This document shows positions 22,957-32,033 of a stretch of 64,000 nucleotides of DNA, one piece after another. Numbering within the stretch: the first letter of the stretch is position 1; the number at the start of each line of letters is the position of its first letter. Below the pieces are notes generated by a model. It was not told where the DNA came from. It searched no databases and worked only from the letters and a program-made list of their open reading frames with translations. A program made the position numbers and the translations under genes. The DNA comes from Polyangiales bacterium (GTDB lineage Bacteria; Myxococcota_A; Polyangia; Polyangiales; JADJQN01), in contig CAXNJO010000001.1 of assembly GCA_964202905.1 (NCBI GenBank), forward strand, positions 192,001 through 256,000, in the 5' to 3' direction.

Positions 22957-23424
22957 GTGCTCATCGAGGAAGTGGACGGGGACCTGCTCGATCAAACCGT
23001 CGATGCCATCGTCAATGCGTGGAATCGCAACATCATCCCTTGGTGGCTGCTGATTCCACAAGGCGTGTCGGGGGCAATCAAGCGGCGCGCGGGCAAGGAG
23101 CCGTTCCGTGAGGTCGCGAGGCACGGCGCGATGCCGCTCGGCAGCGCCGTGGTCACGGGTGCGGGTCGTCTCCCGCACAAAGCCATCATCCACGTGGCCG
23201 GGATCGACATGCTTTGGACCGCCACGGAGCAGAGCATCCGATTGTCGATCCGCAACGCCGTCGCGGCAGCTCAACGGCACGGCTTCACCTCGATCGCGGT
23301 CCCGGCCATCGGCGCGGGGAGCGGTCGTTTCGACGAGGCGAAGTCGTTCGCGCTGTTGAGGGACGAGCTGCGGAATCTCGACTACGCGGGACGCGTCGTG
23401 CTCGTGCGCTTCCGAAAGCGCTGA
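22957..23424 (+). CDS. Macro domain (ADP-ribose binding/hydrolase, YmdB-like) protein
   Basis: CAGGAG RBS then GTG. 'GDLLDQTVDAIVNAWN', 'GVSGAIKRRAG', 'GSAVVTGAGRL..KAIIHVAG', 'SIAVPAIGAGSG'. Confidence 0.9.
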   Translation: MLIEEVDGDLLDQTVDAIVNAWNRNIIPWWLLIPQGVSGAIKRRAGKEPFREVARHGAMPLGSAVVTGAGRLPHKAIIHVAGIDMLWTATEQSIRLSIRNAVAAAQRHGFTSIAVPAIGAGSGRFDEAKSFALLRDELRNLDYAGRVVLVRFRKR

Positions 23425-23465
23425 CTTGGATTCCCGTTCATCACGTTCGGCCATTTCCGCGAGAT

Positions 23466-23685
23466 TCCCACCCGCCTTCAAGGGGTTTCCCACCCACTCC
23501 CAGGGGGTTTCCCACCCACCCCCAGCCCCTCCCGTCCGCCGAGCCTGCGGCGCTCCCACCCACCCCCAGCCCCTCCCGCCCGCCGGCGGGAGGGGAGTTT
23601 TCAGGAGGGGCGGTCGCGACAGGTGGTTTGCGGCGCTGAGGTGAGACTGCGGTGTCTCGGATTTCTTCGCGGGTGCTGAGAGGGG
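23466..23685 (+). repeat. Composite intergenic repeat, copy B
   Basis: Same tandem units, hairpin cccctcccgcccgccggcgggagggg, identical 30-bp core at 23604-23633, tctcggatt tail. Confidence 0.9.
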
Positions 23686-24010
23686 ATCTCCGCGCGCGAA
23701 TTCGCGGATCTTCATCCCGATTGGCGGTGTTCGGGGGACCGGGCGGCAGGTCGCGGCGCATGTCGAGCCCGATGCGTTGGCCTTCGCGGAAACGGCGGTC
23801 GGCGAGGATGCGGCCGATCCAGCGGGCGCGCGCGATGGCTTCGGGCGTCGCGCGGGCGAGCTGGTCTTCAACGACCTTGCGGACGCGCGGGAGTCGATCG
23901 GGGTGCGTGTGCAGGAGCTGCACGTCGAAGACCGGCATGCCCTGGTGGTGGGTGAAGAGCCGGTGTGTCGCGATCGACGCCCCCCGGCGTTGCGCCCCCT
24001 GGACAGACCG

Positions 24011-24400
24011 TTACTTCCCGCGATCGACCGCGACGGGAATCCCGGCGGCCGCCATGTCGGAGAAATCGGCGTCGTCCGTCAGGACGGTGGCTCCGTGGTG
24101 CATCGCGTAGGTGGCGATCAGGAGATCGAGGGACTTGGCCGTCCGTCCCTTTCGCGCAAGCAGATAGCCGAGCTCACCGGCGGCGAGCCAGAGATCGGGG
24201 GGCGCATCGAGCCGCTCGAGCGCCTCGAGCAGCGGCAACACCCGCTTGCGTTCAGGCGGACGAAGCCCCCGCACGAGCTCCGTGAGCACCGGCCCGCACA
24301 AGGCCGCCTCTCCCTCGGACACCGCGATGGCCACGCGTTCGGCGAGCCTCCCGCGGTCGCGGAAGAACGCGATCCAGGCCGATGTGTCGACGAGGATCAT
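24011..24400 (-). CDS. vapC: PIN-domain toxin (VapC family)
   Basis: 'MILVDTSAWI', 'ELVRG', 'DLLIATYA', 'LTDDADF'. ATGA overlap with the upstream antitoxin. Confidence 0.92.
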   Translation of the reverse strand: MILVDTSAWIAFFRDRGRLAERVAIAVSEGEAALCGPVLTELVRGLRPPERKRVLPLLEALERLDAPPDLWLAAGELGYLLARKGRTAKSLDLLIATYAMHHGATVLTDDADFSDMAAAGIPVAVDRGK

Positions 24401-24597
24401 CGTCGCGTCTTCGTGAGGTCGAGATCGAAGTCGACCTTCCCGCGGAGCGCGAGCAGCGCATGCCGCTTCTTGCGGCGACGCAGCTCTTCGAGGCCGAGCA
24501 CGACCGTCTCGGTGATGCCGAGGCCCGTCATCTTCTGTGCATCGAGGAGCAGATCCTCGGGGACGTTGAGCGTGATCTTCTTGGCCGCGCGGGTCAT
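24397..24597 (-). CDS. vapB: VapB-family antitoxin
   Basis: 66 aa RHH-like 'KITLNVPEDLL..AQKMTG.GITETVVLGLEEL', translationally coupled to vapC. Confidence 0.85.
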   Translation of the reverse strand: MTRAAKKITLNVPEDLLLDAQKMTGLGITETVVLGLEELRRRKKRHALLALRGKVDFDLDLTKTRR

Positions 24598-24640
24598 GGC
24601 GCCAGCGTAGCATATGGTCGAAACAGGCTTGGAAGCTGGT

Positions 24641-24830
24641 AGGGTTTTCCCACCCACCCCCAGTTCTCTCCCACCCACCCCCTGCCCCTCCCGCCCGCCG
24701 GCGGGAGGGGAGTTTTCCGGAGGGGCGGCGCGACAGGTGGTTTGCGGGTCATGGGGCTGTGAGGTTGCGGATTCCTTCACGGGCGGTTGCGGAGACTCGG
24801 ATTCTTTCACGGGCGGTTGCGGGGGATTGG
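24641..24830 (+). repeat. Composite intergenic repeat, copy C
   Basis: Tandem units, full hairpin, core at 24719-24747 (one base shorter), and a duplicated tail 'ggattcyttcacgggcggttgcgg'. Confidence 0.9.
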
Positions 24831-24832
24831 TT

Positions 24833-25318
24833 TCATTCGGGCGGATGCGCGGGTTTCTGGCGGGAGAGCCAAATGGCCCAGAGGACGGGGATGGGGAGGG
24901 AGAGGAGCCACGGGAGGGTGCGGTCGTCGAGCCAGGTGGTGCGGTGTCCGGAGGCGTCGACGGTGGTGCAGCCGAAGCGGCCGTGGCTGCCGAACCAGAG
25001 GGCGATGTCGTGGGCTGGGCCGTGGACGAAGAGGTGGGCGCCGACGATGGCCAGCGCGGAGGCAGCGACGAAGGCCACGACGAGGGGGCGGCGCGGGGCG
25101 GGATGCGTCAGGGATCGGGCTCGTGTGGAGAGCACGATGTGCGGAAGGAAACAGCCGCAGAGCATCAGCAGCCCCGCGACGGGCGCGTCACTCGGGGCGA
25201 GGACGAGGACCTCGTAGAAGTAGGCGAGCGTCAGCACGACGCCGGTCAGCGCGAGGCCGCCCTGCGCGACAAGCAGAGTCGCGACGATCGTGCGGGCGCT
25301 GAAGTGCGGTTTCTGCAT
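24833..25318 (-). CDS. Hypothetical membrane protein (about 4 TM segments)
   Basis: Four hydrophobic stretches in ORF 24833..25336; start taken at MQKPHF. Confidence 0.6.
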   Translation of the reverse strand: MQKPHFSARTIVATLLVAQGGLALTGVVLTLAYFYEVLVLAPSDAPVAGLLMLCGCFLPHIVLSTRARSLTHPAPRRPLVVAFVAASALAIVGAHLFVHGPAHDIALWFGSHGRFGCTTVDASGHRTTWLDDRTLPWLLSLPIPVLWAIWLSRQKPAHPPE

Positions 25319-25395
25319 GCGATCCGGGCCTCTCACCGCGCGTCGGTCCCATTGGAAGGGTTGGAAATGCCCTCTCGCCGTGCGAGCGTAGTCGA

Positions 25396-26013
25396 ATGCG
25401 TCGCTGGCAGATCAGGTGTGCTTGTCTGATGTGGATGATCGTCGTCGCGGGATGCGGCGGAGGCGATGGGCCCGCGGAGACGCCCGATGCGGGACGCGTC
25501 GATGCGGGGCCCGCCGACGATGCGGGCAACGCAGACGCCGGCATCCCGATGGACGCGGGCCCCACGGACGCGGCGCTGCCGGGCGAGGACGGCGCGGCGG
25601 ATCTCGGCGCGGGCGACGCAGGCGAAGAATTCGCGCGCTCGTACGTGCGCCCCTCGTGCGGCCCGGCCGACGGCCCCGCGTTCGAGCTCGCGCTCTTCGA
25701 CGGGAGCGTCGCGGTGTGCAGCGTCGAGGGCGCGCCACTCTCCGTCTCGTTCTACGTCCACGACCTCTCGGGCGCGCGCATTTCCCCGCTCGCGGGAGAC
25801 ACCCTCACCTCTACGCTCGCCATGCCGAGCGGCACCGCCAACCGCTGCATGGCCGGCGTCTGCGAGAGCAGCGAAGACTGGTCCCTCACCTTCCGCAGCT
25901 ACGACGTCGGCACCGGCGCGCGCGGCACCTACTCCGTGCTCTGGCCCGACGGAACCCGCTCCGCCGGCCAATTCGACGCCGCATGGTGCGCGGGTATGCC
26001 GCTCTGCGGCTGA
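25396..26013 (+). CDS. Hypothetical lipoprotein with DAG linker
   Basis: Lipobox 'VVAGC', DAG-rich linker, Cys-containing globular C-terminus. Confidence 0.75.
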   Translation: MRRWQIRCACLMWMIVVAGCGGGDGPAETPDAGRVDAGPADDAGNADAGIPMDAGPTDAALPGEDGAADLGAGDAGEEFARSYVRPSCGPADGPAFELALFDGSVAVCSVEGAPLSVSFYVHDLSGARISPLAGDTLTSTLAMPSGTANRCMAGVCESSEDWSLTFRSYDVGTGARGTYSVLWPDGTRSAGQFDAAWCAGMPLCG

Positions 26014-26260
26014 GCGCGAGGCTTCACGGAATCCCACGCTTCGAGGGATACGTCTGCGAGGGCCATGGGCCTATCGCGCGGACGTACCATCGGCGACATG
26101 AAGCGCGTCCGCGGGTGACAGGGCGTGATGCGGCGACGTGAGACGTGGACGTCGACGCGTCGCGGACCCAAGACCCGCGGTCCGCCACGCTCGCAGAGCA
26201 CATCGACGCGTCATCCGATGTCGGGATACGCGATGTTCGCCATCCGCTCGGAGACCCACT

Positions 26261-26593
26261 GTGCCGACCCTGATCACGCTCTCGCTGAGCCTCAACATCG
26301 CCATCCTCATCCCGGTCTGCATCGGGCTGCTCGCGAATGCGGCGTGGACCCGAAAGGCCTACGGCGAGCGATCGCCGGCGCGCGGGATCCTGCTGTCGAT
26401 CTAGGGCGCGATCTTCGTGATGTCGGCGGTGCTCCTGTTCCGCGGACAGCCCGCGCAGGCCGCTCCCCTGCTGTGGATGCAGGTCCTCTACAAGGTCACC
26501 ACGCCGCTGTCGGTGGGCACGCTGCGGAATCCCGTCGTCCTCACCAACCTCGGTGTCGCGGCCTTTCACATCGCTACGCTCGCGAGCGGGTGA
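26261..26593 (+). pseudogene. Small membrane protein interrupted by an in-frame TAG (26402-26404)
   Basis: Hydrophobic reading frame continues in-frame past the TAG ('GILLSI*GAIFVMSAVLL...YKVTTP...NPVVLTNLGVAAFH') to TGA 26593. Confidence 0.6.
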
Positions 26594-26599
26594 ACGGAA

Positions 26600-26664
26600 C
26601 CTCCCTCCCCCAACCCCCTCCCTCCTTTCAGGAGTGGAGGGGGCTTTCCGGAGGAGCGGCGCGA
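26600..26664 (+). repeat. Degenerate truncated copy D of the composite repeat
   Basis: cccccaaccccctccc...ggagggggctttccggaggagcggcgcga parallels ...ggggagttttccggaggggcggcgcga of copy C, then breaks off. Confidence 0.65.
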
Positions 26665-26690
26665 TGAACCTCCCTCACTTCCGTGGACAC
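26665..26690 (+). mobile_element. Orphan IS3-family-like terminal inverted repeat
   Basis: TGAACCTCCCTCACTTCCGTGGACAC resembles the TGAAxx-CCC-...-TGGACAC ends of IS3-family elements. No IS3 transposase is present in the window. Confidence 0.5.
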
Positions 26691-26699
26691 GCGTCCAAG

Positions 26700-26929
26700 C
26701 CAAGGCGTCGGCGACGTCGCCGCTGGCCAAAGCCTCGCCGGCCTCTACTCGCTCATCGCCACCTGCGAATCGCGCGGCATCAACCCCTTCGACTACCTCA
26801 CCGACGTCCTCGCCCGCGTGCAGGATCACCCCGCGAACGCCATCGACGAATTGCTCCCCGCCGCCTGGGCCGCTGCGAACTGAACGTCGATCCGCGCGCT
26901 TGTCGCGACGGTGGTCGCCGGACGGTTAC
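26700..26929 (+). mobile_element. IS66 remnant: TnpC C-terminus and right end
   Basis: 'LYSLIATCESRGINPFDYLTDVLARVQDHPANAIDELLP..W' is the IS66 C-terminal motif. The element ends ...cggacggTTAC, the reverse complement of the IS66 GTAA terminus. Confidence 0.9.
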
Positions 26930-26986
26930 CGCGAGCGCTCACAAACGCGCGATGAAGTCCGCGGGGCAGCTCCGAGCAGGCGTGAG

Positions 26987-28678
26987 TCACGGGACCTCCG
27001 GGTTCACGATGCGCTGCGCTAGCTGAAGCACGGCGTCGAACCGCGCGTCTCGGAACTTGCAGTACGTCTCCACGTCCAACTTCATCTTGCTGGGGTCGCT
27101 GGCCCAGGGCTCGGCGAGAAGATGCTTCTCCACAGGCACGCTCGCGGCCTTCATCCGCGAGAAGTGGGAGTCCGGGTGCTCGGCGCGCTTGCGGATGTTG
27201 TCCTTGGCACCGACGAACCGGAAATTGCCGAGGTGGTTGATGTCGTCGCTGGTCAGTCCGAGGGGACGCAGCCTGGCTCGTGGGTAGATGTGGTCGACGT
27301 GCGGGGCATTCCCTGCAAACTGGCTCTCGTACAAGGAGGTGCCGAACTTTTCGCGGTACACGAGGTTGAGGACCATCGTGCGGACGCGGGAGCCGCCGAC
27401 GTTGGAGGCAGTGAGCTCTACCTCCCGGCGGTAGCCCGCGAAGAACGTCTTGATGTCCTCGAGCGGGAAGACCCCGTTCGCTGCCACGAGCTTGTTGTGC
27501 AGGCTGGTGAGGATCTGGTCAGTGGACGCGCCGAACCAGTTGAAGAGCTGCGCCTTGTGGAAGTAGCCCACGATGCGTCGGCGCTGAGCCTCCGTGGGGG
27601 CCGGGAAGTGAAACAGGTAGTCGACGATGGGGATGAATGCGACGTAGCTTCGGACGAGGCGATCCGAGGCCACTCCGATGTCCTGGGTGATCACGTCGTG
27701 AAGTTGTTCGAAGGCGGTCTCGAGGCGAGGCCAGCAATCCTGGATCCTCTTCATGAGAAGGTCCCCGTCGGCGCCCGAGAACAGACGAGGCTCGAGAGTG
27801 CCGTTGCCGGTCAACGTCACGACGATGGCCTTCAGCACCAGCGCCTTGTCGAAGGCGAGGTCGCCGACCGAGAGGCTCTCCGCGAGTTCCTCGACCTGCT
27901 CCTCGATCTCATTGGACAGGCCCTTCATGGCGGCGAACATCAAGTCGCCGCCGTCGAGCTTCGTGCCTCCACTGTTCACGCGAACGAAGACCTCGAGGAC
28001 GCGCTCGTATGGGAAGTCAGCGACGATGCCGTCGAGCTCGTCGTACCAGAAGACGTTCTCCTCCTTGAGGATCCGGGCAAGGCTTTCTACGTTGGCCTGC
28101 ACGCGGTTGAGGCTATCTTCAACCTCGTTTTCCGGGCCGGTGAACAGGGACTCGAGCCGCCGTGCCTCCTGCCGTCCGAGAGCACGCCCGCTGGTCCTGG
28201 CGTGAATGCCCCGCAGGTTCGCCACGCGATACCAAGAGGGTCCCGGAGCCTCGGCGGAGAACTTGATTTGGAACCAGAAGCCCTCGTCGTCCTGGATCTG
28301 CCCGCTTGTGAGATCTAGCCACGCTTCGAGCCGGTCGCCCGCATCGGTGGTGATGCTCCCGTCGAACAGGGTGCGGAGTGCCTGGAGTCGTTGCTGTCCG
28401 TCCAGCACGAACAGTCGCTCATGGCCGCCATCCGAGGCGTGCGGGTCGTAGAGTTTGTGAAGCTCCGGGTCGCGCGTCACCGAATCCATGAACTTGCGGG
28501 CCTTGATCGGGTCCTTGGTCCGCCAGAAGAGCAAGGTCTGGATCGGGTACTCCCGGAGCAAGCTGTCCAGCAGCTTCCGGACCTGCTCCTCACGCCACAC
28601 GAAGGGGCGCTGGATGTGCGGCAGGTAGATCGTCTTGTTCAGGTCATCGAGGAGCTTGTAGAGCGGCTGAGACTTCAT
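26987..28678 (-). CDS. DUF262 + DUF1524/HNH protein (GmrSD-like type IV restriction / defence nuclease)
   Basis: 'LPHIQRPFVW', 'VLDGQQRL', 'FVRVNSGGTKL' (DUF262). C-terminal 'VDHIYP...HLGNFRFV...N' (HNH-like). Confidence 0.88.
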   Translation of the reverse strand: MKSQPLYKLLDDLNKTIYLPHIQRPFVWREEQVRKLLDSLLREYPIQTLLFWRTKDPIKARKFMDSVTRDPELHKLYDPHASDGGHERLFVLDGQQRLQALRTLFDGSITTDAGDRLEAWLDLTSGQIQDDEGFWFQIKFSAEAPGPSWYRVANLRGIHARTSGRALGRQEARRLESLFTGPENEVEDSLNRVQANVESLARILKEENVFWYDELDGIVADFPYERVLEVFVRVNSGGTKLDGGDLMFAAMKGLSNEIEEQVEELAESLSVGDLAFDKALVLKAIVVTLTGNGTLEPRLFSGADGDLLMKRIQDCWPRLETAFEQLHDVITQDIGVASDRLVRSYVAFIPIVDYLFHFPAPTEAQRRRIVGYFHKAQLFNWFGASTDQILTSLHNKLVAANGVFPLEDIKTFFAGYRREVELTASNVGGSRVRTMVLNLVYREKFGTSLYESQFAGNAPHVDHIYPRARLRPLGLTSDDINHLGNFRFVGAKDNIRKRAEHPDSHFSRMKAASVPVEKHLLAEPWASDPSKMKLDVETYCKFRDARFDAVLQLAQRIVNPEVP

Positions 28679-28698
28679 GGGATTGTTCCTCGTGCCGA

Positions 28699-29289
28699 CT
28701 ATTCCGCGGCAACCGCAGGCTTCTTGATCAACATCGCGAAGTGAGTGGCAAGGAGCAGGCTGTCCCAGGCCCAGTAGAGGTCGGGGCCCTCGAGAGGGTC
28801 GTGATAGACGGCTACATCGCGGGAGCGTCCACGTGTGCGCGAGGGTCGGCCACCGCGGACGAGGTCATGGATCACGAGGTAGTGGCCGAGGTTCCCGAGG
28901 TTCGGCTTTCGGTGCGTGAAGGAGTCCACGAGCACCACGAGGATCATCTCGCCCTTGGTCCAACGGGCAGGAAGCTCCACGAGGGGCTTCGGTCTACCCG
29001 CTCGCCATTCCGCGTCCGTCTTCGTCCACGAGCAAAGCAACTCGATTGGTGCATTGGCGCACTTGGCTAGACGCGTTAGCGCCCGGCCCATCTGGGGCGC
29101 GCCGATGCCGTCCGCCGCGGTCCATGATGTACCCTGTTCGTCCTTCCAGACAACCTCAGGTCGGGCGGTTCCTCCGAGGAACTCCTCGACCATCCGCAGG
29201 CAGGCTAGCCCGCACGCCTTCTCGTGACGCTGCCTGTGGTACGGAATGACCGACGGCTCTGCTGCCGGCTGCTTCGACGACTTGCCCAT
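28699..29289 (-). CDS. Papain-like cysteine peptidase (C39-like)
   Basis: GGAGG RBS. 'IPYHRQ..KACGLACLRMV' (Gln/Cys), 'GHYLVI' (His), 'YHDP' (Asp). Confidence 0.75.
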   Translation of the reverse strand: MGKSSKQPAAEPSVIPYHRQRHEKACGLACLRMVEEFLGGTARPEVVWKDEQGTSWTAADGIGAPQMGRALTRLAKCANAPIELLCSWTKTDAEWRAGRPKPLVELPARWTKGEMILVVLVDSFTHRKPNLGNLGHYLVIHDLVRGGRPSRTRGRSRDVAVYHDPLEGPDLYWAWDSLLLATHFAMLIKKPAVAAE

Positions 29290-29725
29290 CTTGGTTGCCT
29301 CCTATCGCGAGTTTGGCGCCCACCGAGCTCCGATTGCGTTTGGTGCGCCTGCCCGCTCCCCTACTCCTGCTCAAACTCCGAAGTCCTAGACTTCAGCAGC
29401 GCCGCGTTCTCTTTCACGGTGCGCACGAGCTTGTCATCGAAGCCGGACTGGTTGGATGAGCACAATCTTCACGGCAAAGATTCCTCAGATTCTCGACGGA
29501 CCAGTGAGATGGGAGAATACACCGGTCGCCGTCTTCCGATCGGCTAATCCGTGGCCCGCGGGCATCCGCGCTGCCGCGGAGCCACCAGATGAACATCATC
29601 GGCGTAGCGAAGGGGGCGGCGATATGGAGAAGTCGGCGTACGCCGCGCCGAGCGCGTGGATGCCGGCACGCATCGCCCGCATCGTCGCGTCGGAATCGAC
29701 GGCGTATTCCGAGGGAATCCATCCG

Positions 29726-29848
29726 CACGAGAATGGCATTCGGTCACCACTCGGCGCACGCGCTGATCAGCCTTGCCATGCTGCGACTGGGTGGCATCGG
29801 CCCACCTCGGCCGGGCCGCAGATGACCCACGGATCGGTCAGGAGATCC
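29726..29848 (+). mobile_element. ISL3-family 3'-end remnant (transposase tail + right IR)
   Basis: Encodes 'TRMAFGHHSAHALISLAMLRLGG', near-identical to 35043-35165, and ends gacccacggatcggtcaggagatcc. Confidence 0.88.
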
Positions 29849-29866
29849 CGAAGTAAGGGGTAGCGC

Positions 29867-31299
29867 CATGAATGATCGGTTAAAGCGCGCGCCTTCGAGA
29901 AAGCTTGTTCTTCGCGCGGGCGGGGGCCTTCCAGCCGCGGAGTTGATCGAGAATCGATGGCTTGCTCCTCCAGTTCGGGTCCTTGCCCACGTGCACGATC
30001 ACGGCGGCGAGGTGTTCCCACTCACGGGCGGCGGCTTCGCCCTCGAGGTGGAACGCACACGCGATGCGGTAGGCACATTGCGCGACCATGAGCGCAACGA
30101 GCCGGTGGTGCAGCGGTGCCTCGTTCCGCGGACCTGCGGCGGGCCGATGCGCCAGGTTGTGTCGGTGGACGATCGAGCCGATCAGGACCGACGCGATCAT
30201 GGAGGCGTGCAGCAGCGCGTTCACGGCCGCAGGGCGCTGCGCGTCGATCTCGTCGAGTCGCAGATTCGACTTGTCGAGTTTGTTGCTGCTCTCGACCTCC
30301 CAGCGCACGCGGTAGAGGTCGGCCACCGAGTGCGGGCCGACCGAGCGCGGCAGGTTCGTCAGGTAGAAGCGATGACCTTTGGCAGGCGCGAGCACGCCGA
30401 CGAGTCGCATCGGGAGCGCGTCGCCCCCGAGGGTGACGTCGACGTCGATGACGTTGCCGACTTCGAGGAAGACGTCATCGAGGAAGAGGTCGAGATCGGT
30501 CCCTGGCACGAAGGTCTTCTTGAGGTCGGCGCGGGCGACTCTGGTGACCTTCGGCTTCCAGTTGTGCTTGAGCCGAACAACCACTTTCACGCCGAACTCC
30601 TGGCACCGTCGCAGGCGCTCGAAGCTTGCGTAGCCGAGGTCGACCAGGAGCCCCATCCCGCGCCAGCTCTCGTCGATCGTGAGATGGGTCGAGTCGTGTT
30701 CGCGCGCGGGACTGAAGTGGTAGTCGACGACCGTGCCGCAGCCGACCGAGACCGTCTTGTGAACCTTCACCGCGGCGTAGTCACCCGCGCCGGGATACAC
30801 GGCCTGCAGCGCGGGATGGAGCTTCACCGTCGTGCTGTCGACGATGCGCCAGTCACGCACGCCGCCGAGCACACCGGGGAGATCCACCTCCTGGGCTCGC
30901 GCGAACGAGAGCGCGATCTGCGCGAGCTCCGCGGTCGCCTTCTCGAGCGGTGGCCCGAACCAGTCGTAGAACGAGCCGCGAGCGATCCTCGGCGCGCCCG
31001 CCTCGAAGTACTGCCGCATCATGTCGGCCTGGCGTCCGCCCGAGGGGCTCGACGCCGACACCAGCATCGTGCGCAGAAACGTCAGCGCGTCGCGCTTCCG
31101 GTCGCGCTGGTGGAAGCCCGTCGCGGTCGCGACCTCCAGCAGCACCTCGTCCGGAAGCAGGGTCCGCAGCAAATCCTGAAGTTCGGCTCCGTCCATGGTG
31201 GCGGAGAAGATCAGGTCCCCGCGCGACCCGCAACCTGGTTCGGCAGCGAGGACGCAACCGATCGAACTCGTTCAGTTTTTTGTTAACCGGCCATCTATG
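29867..31299 (-). mobile_element. Complete IS4-family element with 10-bp target-site duplication
   Basis: IRs CATGAATGATCGGTTAA / CATAGATGGCCGGTTAA. Direct repeat GGGGTAGCGC at 29857-29866 and 31300-31309. Confidence 0.92.
29880..31196 (-). CDS. IS4-family DDE transposase
   Basis: 'IVDSTTVKL', 'VKVH', 'LVDLGY', 'YLTNL', and the Y-(2)-R-(3)-E-(6)-K signature '[15 protein letters not shown]'. Confidence 0.92.
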   Translation of the reverse strand: MDGAELQDLLRTLLPDEVLLEVATATGFHQRDRKRDALTFLRTMLVSASSPSGGRQADMMRQYFEAGAPRIARGSFYDWFGPPLEKATAELAQIALSFARAQEVDLPGVLGGVRDWRIVDSTTVKLHPALQAVYPGAGDYAAVKVHKTVSVGCGTVVDYHFSPAREHDSTHLTIDESWRGMGLLVDLGYASFERLRRCQEFGVKVVVRLKHNWKPKVTRVARADLKKTFVPGTDLDLFLDDVFLEVGNVIDVDVTLGGDALPMRLVGVLAPAKGHRFYLTNLPRSVGPHSVADLYRVRWEVESSNKLDKSNLRLDEIDAQRPAAVNALLHASMIASVLIGSIVHRHNLAHRPAAGPRNEAPLHHRLVALMVAQCAYRIACAFHLEGEAAAREWEHLAAVIVHVGKDPNWRSKPSILDQLRGWKAPARAKNKLSRRRAL

Positions 31300-31325
31300 G
31301 GGGTAGCGCGTACGGAGCAACAAGT

Positions 31326-31367
31326 ACGGGCGCCGAAGCGCATTCGCTTCGGCCCCCGTCTTCGTTT
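31326..31367. terminator. Intrinsic terminator-like hairpin downstream of the carbonic anhydrase gene
   Basis: acgggcgccgaagcg-catt-cgcttcggcccccgt inverted repeat. Confidence 0.6.
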
Positions 31368-31382
31368 TCCCCGCGCGGTGCT

Positions 31383-32019
<637 letters not shown>

Positions 32020-32033
<14 letters not shown>

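Noticed and set aside
23441..23938. 165-aa minus-strand ORF downstream of vapC
   Set aside because: Its 3' half is translated repeat B. The 5' part may be a gene fragment but has no recognisable family or RBS.
26402..26404. Pyrrolysine or amber read-through
   Set aside because: A single TAG, most simply TAC>TAG by mutation or sequencing error. No pyl genes are present and TAG is used as a normal stop elsewhere (e.g. 4780).
22588..26664. Classical integron (attC array) or CRISPR
   Set aside because: I found no RYYYAAC...GTTRRRY attC ends and no integrase. Spacing is gene-sized and irregular, and cargo orientation is mixed.
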